Below are positions 60,695-64,000 of a stretch of 64,000 bases of DNA, one piece after another. The first letter of the stretch is position 1, and each line of letters begins with the position of its first letter. The translations under genes were made by a program, and so were the position numbers. The notes under the pieces are model-generated. The model was not told the origin of the DNA, ran no database searches, and was given only the letters and a program-made list of their open reading frames with translations. This DNA is from a bacterium (GTDB lineage: Bacteria > UBA8248): positions 640,001 through 704,000 of the forward strand of contig OZ241875.1 of the NCBI GenBank assembly GCA_965203325.1, in the 5' to 3' direction.

Positions 60695-62131
60695 ATGAAT
60701 CGAAAAAATTCCCCGCAGGATCCCGGTTCAGTCGGTCTGACGAAAACACGTATCATCACCCTTCCCGATCCGTTCCGGACCGATTCCGGCGAAACATTGC
60801 CTGAAGTCCAAATTGCCTATGAAACATATGGCGAACTCTCGCCCGACGCCGACAACGCCGTTTTGGTCATCCACGCTCTAACGGGCGACGCACACGCAGC
60901 CGGCTTCCACAGCCCGGACGACCCGCGTCCGGGCTGGTGGGACCCGATGATCGGCCCCGGCAAAGCAATCGATACCCGAAAATACTTCGTCGTCTCCTCG
61001 AACAACCTGGGGGGATGCTCAGGCACCACGGGGCCCGCTTCGATCAATCCCGCGACGGGCAGAGCTTACAACACCGGTTTTCCCGTCACCACGGTGGAGG
61101 ACACGGTTCGCGTCCACAAGCTGCTTCTCGACCATCTGGGCGTGAAACGCCTCAAAACGGTCATCGGCGGCTCGCTCGCCGGGATGCAGACCCTGGAATG
61201 GGGCCTGCGCTACAGCGATTTTTGCGACTCCGTCATCCCAGTCGCGGGAGCCGCGCGCCTGGACCCGATGGGCATCGCATGGGACAAAATCGCCCGCAGG
61301 GCCATCACGGCGGACGGCGACTGGAAAGACGGCGACTACGCCGCCGGCGGAGGGCCACGCAAGGGTCTGAGCGCGGCGCGCATGCTGGCCCACATCACCT
61401 ACCTGAGCCGAGGAATCATGTGGGAGAAATTCGGCCGCGAGATCAGGGACAAGGACAAAATGCTGGAGGATATCGCCTCGCGGTTCGAGGTGGAGAGCTA
61501 TCTCGATCACCAGGGGGACAAATTCGTCGATCGTTTCGACGCGAACTCGTATCTATATATCTCCCGCATGATGGACCTGTACGACGCCTCCCTGGGCTTC
61601 GAGAGCCTCGAGGCGTCGCTGTCCCGGCTGAAAACGAAATGCCTGCTCGTATGCTTCATATCCGATTGGCTCTTCCCGCCGGAGAGAAGCATGGAGATCG
61701 CCCAGATTCTCCAGAAACTCAGGCATGAAGTGGAGTTGCACACGGTGGAATCCACCTACGGGCACGATGCTTTTCTCGTGCAATACGACAAGCTCACCGA
61801 AATCGTCGGTGGCTTTCTCGAAAGGCTCGAAAGCGGCGGCCCGGTCGGCATCAACGCAACCCCCATACCCCGGGGCTGCAAGCGGCTGGTTCTCTCTGTG
61901 CCGGGTCATCTCGTGCAGAAACCTATCTTGTGGGAGATCGGCAGAAAATACTCGTTTACCATCAACATCATGAGGAGCGAGCTGGACGCCCAATCGGGGT
62001 GGCAGGTATGCGAATTCGCTGGAAACGAGGAGGAAATCGCACAGGCGATCGCTGAACTCCGGGAGATGGGGGTGTGGGTCGACCCCGGAGGGCATGACAC
62101 CATCGACCACGACCGCGCCGAAGTGGTATAA
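60695..62131 (+). CDS. metX: Homoserine O-acetyltransferase with a C-terminal NIL domain
   Basis: HALTGD, GWW, GGSLAG, RFDANSY, D.LF, GHDAFL; extra about 90 aa NIL-like. Confidence 0.88.
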   Translation: MNRKNSPQDPGSVGLTKTRIITLPDPFRTDSGETLPEVQIAYETYGELSPDADNAVLVIHALTGDAHAAGFHSPDDPRPGWWDPMIGPGKAIDTRKYFVVSSNNLGGCSGTTGPASINPATGRAYNTGFPVTTVEDTVRVHKLLLDHLGVKRLKTVIGGSLAGMQTLEWGLRYSDFCDSVIPVAGAARLDPMGIAWDKIARRAITADGDWKDGDYAAGGGPRKGLSAARMLAHITYLSRGIMWEKFGREIRDKDKMLEDIASRFEVESYLDHQGDKFVDRFDANSYLYISRMMDLYDASLGFESLEASLSRLKTKCLLVCFISDWLFPPERSMEIAQILQKLRHEVELHTVESTYGHDAFLVQYDKLTEIVGGFLERLESGGPVGINATPIPRGCKRLVLSVPGHLVQKPILWEIGRKYSFTINIMRSELDAQSGWQVCEFAGNEEEIAQAIAELREMGVWVDPGGHDTIDHDRAEVV

Positions 62132-62205
62132 ACCAGAAAATTACTGCCATTCTGATATTCACCGGATATGACAGAACTCGACAAAAACCAGACGGAGGCA
62201 ACGCC

Positions 62206-62838
62206 ATGAGTGAGTTGAAAGAGCCGATCGTAGTGGTGAAATACTCGGATTACACATGACCTTTTTGCTATGTCGCCACCGTGGGTGGCACGCCCGTCAT
62301 TGAAGAAGACCCCGACGTCGTCGTCGAGTGGGTCAGTTGGGAGGGGAGACCGCCCGGCCAGGAGTTCGCCGGCTACTCGCCCGAGCAGAAACAGGAAAGT
62401 TACGAGAATAACCACAAACCTCTCGCCGAGAAATACAACGTGCCCATCCGGGTGGCGGGAGGCGACTACCGCACGACCAACCTCCACATGGCCACCTATT
62501 ACGCCCGCGACAAGGGCAAGTTCAAGGAATTCCGGAATCGCTGCTACAAGGCCCGCTGGGAGGACGACCTGAACCTGGAGGATCTGGACGTCATCGCCGG
62601 GCTCGGTGAGGACGTCGGCCTCGACGGAGAGGAAATCAAGGCCGTCATCGCCGAGGGACGCTACATCGGCGCGCTGCACAGCCAGCGCGCCCAGGGAAAA
62701 GGGTTGGGTATTTACGGCATCCCCACGTTCGTGGTGGAGGGAAAGCTCTTTTGGGGGAAAGACGTCATCGACGACGTCAAGGCCGAGGTCGCCCGCGTGA
62801 AGCAGGAACGACTCGAAAAAGAGAAAGAGGAGAGCTAG
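62206..62838 (+). CDS. DsbA/FrnE family oxidoreductase, candidate selenoprotein (UxxC, TGA at codon 18)
   Basis: GGAGG RBS, then MSELKEPIVVVKYSDYT-TGA-PFCYVAT in frame with ORF 62281..62838; GIYGIPTF. Confidence 0.88.
62272..62291 (+). other. Candidate bacterial SECIS hairpin
   Basis: GCCACC-GTG-GGTGGC stem-loop, 16-30 nt after the TGA. Confidence 0.55.
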
Positions 62839-63070
62839 CCTTCGCCTCACCCGTATGAATCAGGCGCCCGCTCCCGCGGGGTCGCCGAACCGCCCCGTTT
62901 CCGGGCCGGGCGGGCGGGTTCGCCGCGCGGGGAAAGGCGGGCAGTTGCGCGCAAATGCGGGGCTGCGAAAAAACTTTTTAATTCGATAAATATCTGAAAA
63001 TAATTCATTGTCTGCTTTATGTTATCCAGGCAACTATTTGAATAAATACGAAATATCACTTTTCTTTCTA

Positions 63071-63116
63071 TTCGATAAATCTCTAGGAATTTATCGAAAA
63101 ACCCCGTGAATTTATC
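63071..63116 (-). repeat. Dispersed AT-rich repeat, copy 3 (inverted) with local palindrome
   Basis: Reverse complement of 63086-63116 matches copy 2 at 30/31 nt; TTCGATAAAT..ATTTATCGAA inverted repeat. Confidence 0.8.
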
Positions 63117-63949
63117 GTATTATCCAGAATATGAAAATTAAATCATTGTTTTCAAGCCAGTTATAAATTCCTTGAAATAAATGTAATCAAAACGCAAGCG
63201 GACTCATTACAACCCCGGAGCATTCCAGGGGGCGCGAGTCGTCGAAGACCGGTAAATCGTTCGTTGGCAGGGTGATAATACCACAAGGCTCAGAGGCAGT
63301 TGTTGGTATGGCACGGCGTATCCGATTCGGGTCGGCGAATTTTTGATGCTCATCACCCCATGAGAGAATGATTACCGGGGTGGCAGGCCGGGTAGGCGGA
63401 GGCATTGCTGCGCCCCGCCTGCCCGGCCGAATATTTTATGTGTCCTCCAGAATCCGGGCCGTTGGCATACAATCCACGAAGGAATGTCCGCCTATTTCGG
63501 CTTGGCCGTATTGTATTCGGCGGACGACCCGGAACGTCAGCATACGATGCGATAAAAACGAATGAAACAGAGAATCGGCGTCGTTCGACCTGCGGACGGG
63601 TAGCGCGCAGCGCCTTGCCGCGGCAGGCGCTTCTCCGGTCGAGATGCAACTCGCCGGGCGCCGCCAATCGGCGGTCATTCGCAGGGACGACTCGCGAAAC
63701 AGCCCACTGCGGCGTGAACGAAAGAGGCTTTCGAGCTCTCGCCCGGGGAGCGGCGTCCTTCCTTTTTTTCCGCAGCGCCTCGCTGCACGTTCTCCGGCGA
63801 CCCTCGTTTTCCGGAAAACCCCCTTGATTTCAGGCTGAACCGATGAGCGATCCGCGCACGGACGCAGGCGCGGACTCTTCCCGGGTGTACCTTCCGCGCT
63901 AGAAACAACGATTGAACGGGCGCTCGTCCTTTCCTTATGTTCGCGCGCC

Positions 63950-64000
63950 ATGACCGCGTTCGACGACGATACCGGCACCCCGCTGGACGAGCGAATGCGC
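63950..64000 (+). CDS. Possible start of a gene running off the window (RarA/MgsA-like N-terminus?)
   Basis: MTAFDDDTGTPLDERMR resembles the PLAERMRP motif; only 17 codons visible. Confidence 0.3.
   Translation, partial: MTAFDDDTGTPLDERMR

Noticed and set aside
14539..63116. CRISPR array from the 43-bp repeat
   Set aside because: Copies are 19-29 kb apart, with no spacer periodicity and no cas genes
1..64000. Global UGA reassignment (genetic code 4/25) as the cause of the in-frame TGAs
   Set aside because: Many complete genes end in TGA with coupled starts (1887-1890, 39834-39837, 46536), and the three internal TGAs fall only at catalytic Cys positions

Overview
Bacterial chromosomal window, GC-rich from about 1-35.8 kb and 60.7-62.9 kb and visibly less GC-rich from about 35.9-60.6 kb (judged by eye). 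It holds roughly 60 CDS, with no rRNA, tRNA or CRISPR array recognised. Content: an Sdh/Frd-like flavoprotein-anchor-FeS operon with a two-subunit Fe-S hydro-lyase; an M16 peptidase pair; a LeuC/D-like dehydratase; a long sulfur/transport block (sat, two sulfotransferases, DUF3604, TRAP-TAXI, TctABC, ComA-like); a siroheme/sulfite reductase operon; three tandem formamidase paralogs; a sirtuin; ilvD; squalene (hpn) genes; and metX. The most striking result is three genes that the ORF track breaks at an in-frame TGA sitting exactly at the catalytic cysteine position, each followed by a SECIS-like hairpin. These are candidate selenoproteins: two DsbA/FrnE-like proteins (U-P-F-C and C-Y-V-U-P-Y-A) and a DUF442-type sulfurtransferase/phosphatase (H-U-K-G-V-G-R). 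Other notable items: two sulfotransferases with Asp in place of the PAPS 3'-phosphate-binding Ser, one directly upstream of a kinase-less sat (possible APS-dependent sulfation); a Nudix-HpnC-HpnD triple fusion; a MetX-NIL fusion; MITEs carrying REP-like palindromes; a dispersed AT-rich 43-bp repeat; and a pair of TM+heptad-repeat paralogs. All family calls come from motif recognition, not database searches.
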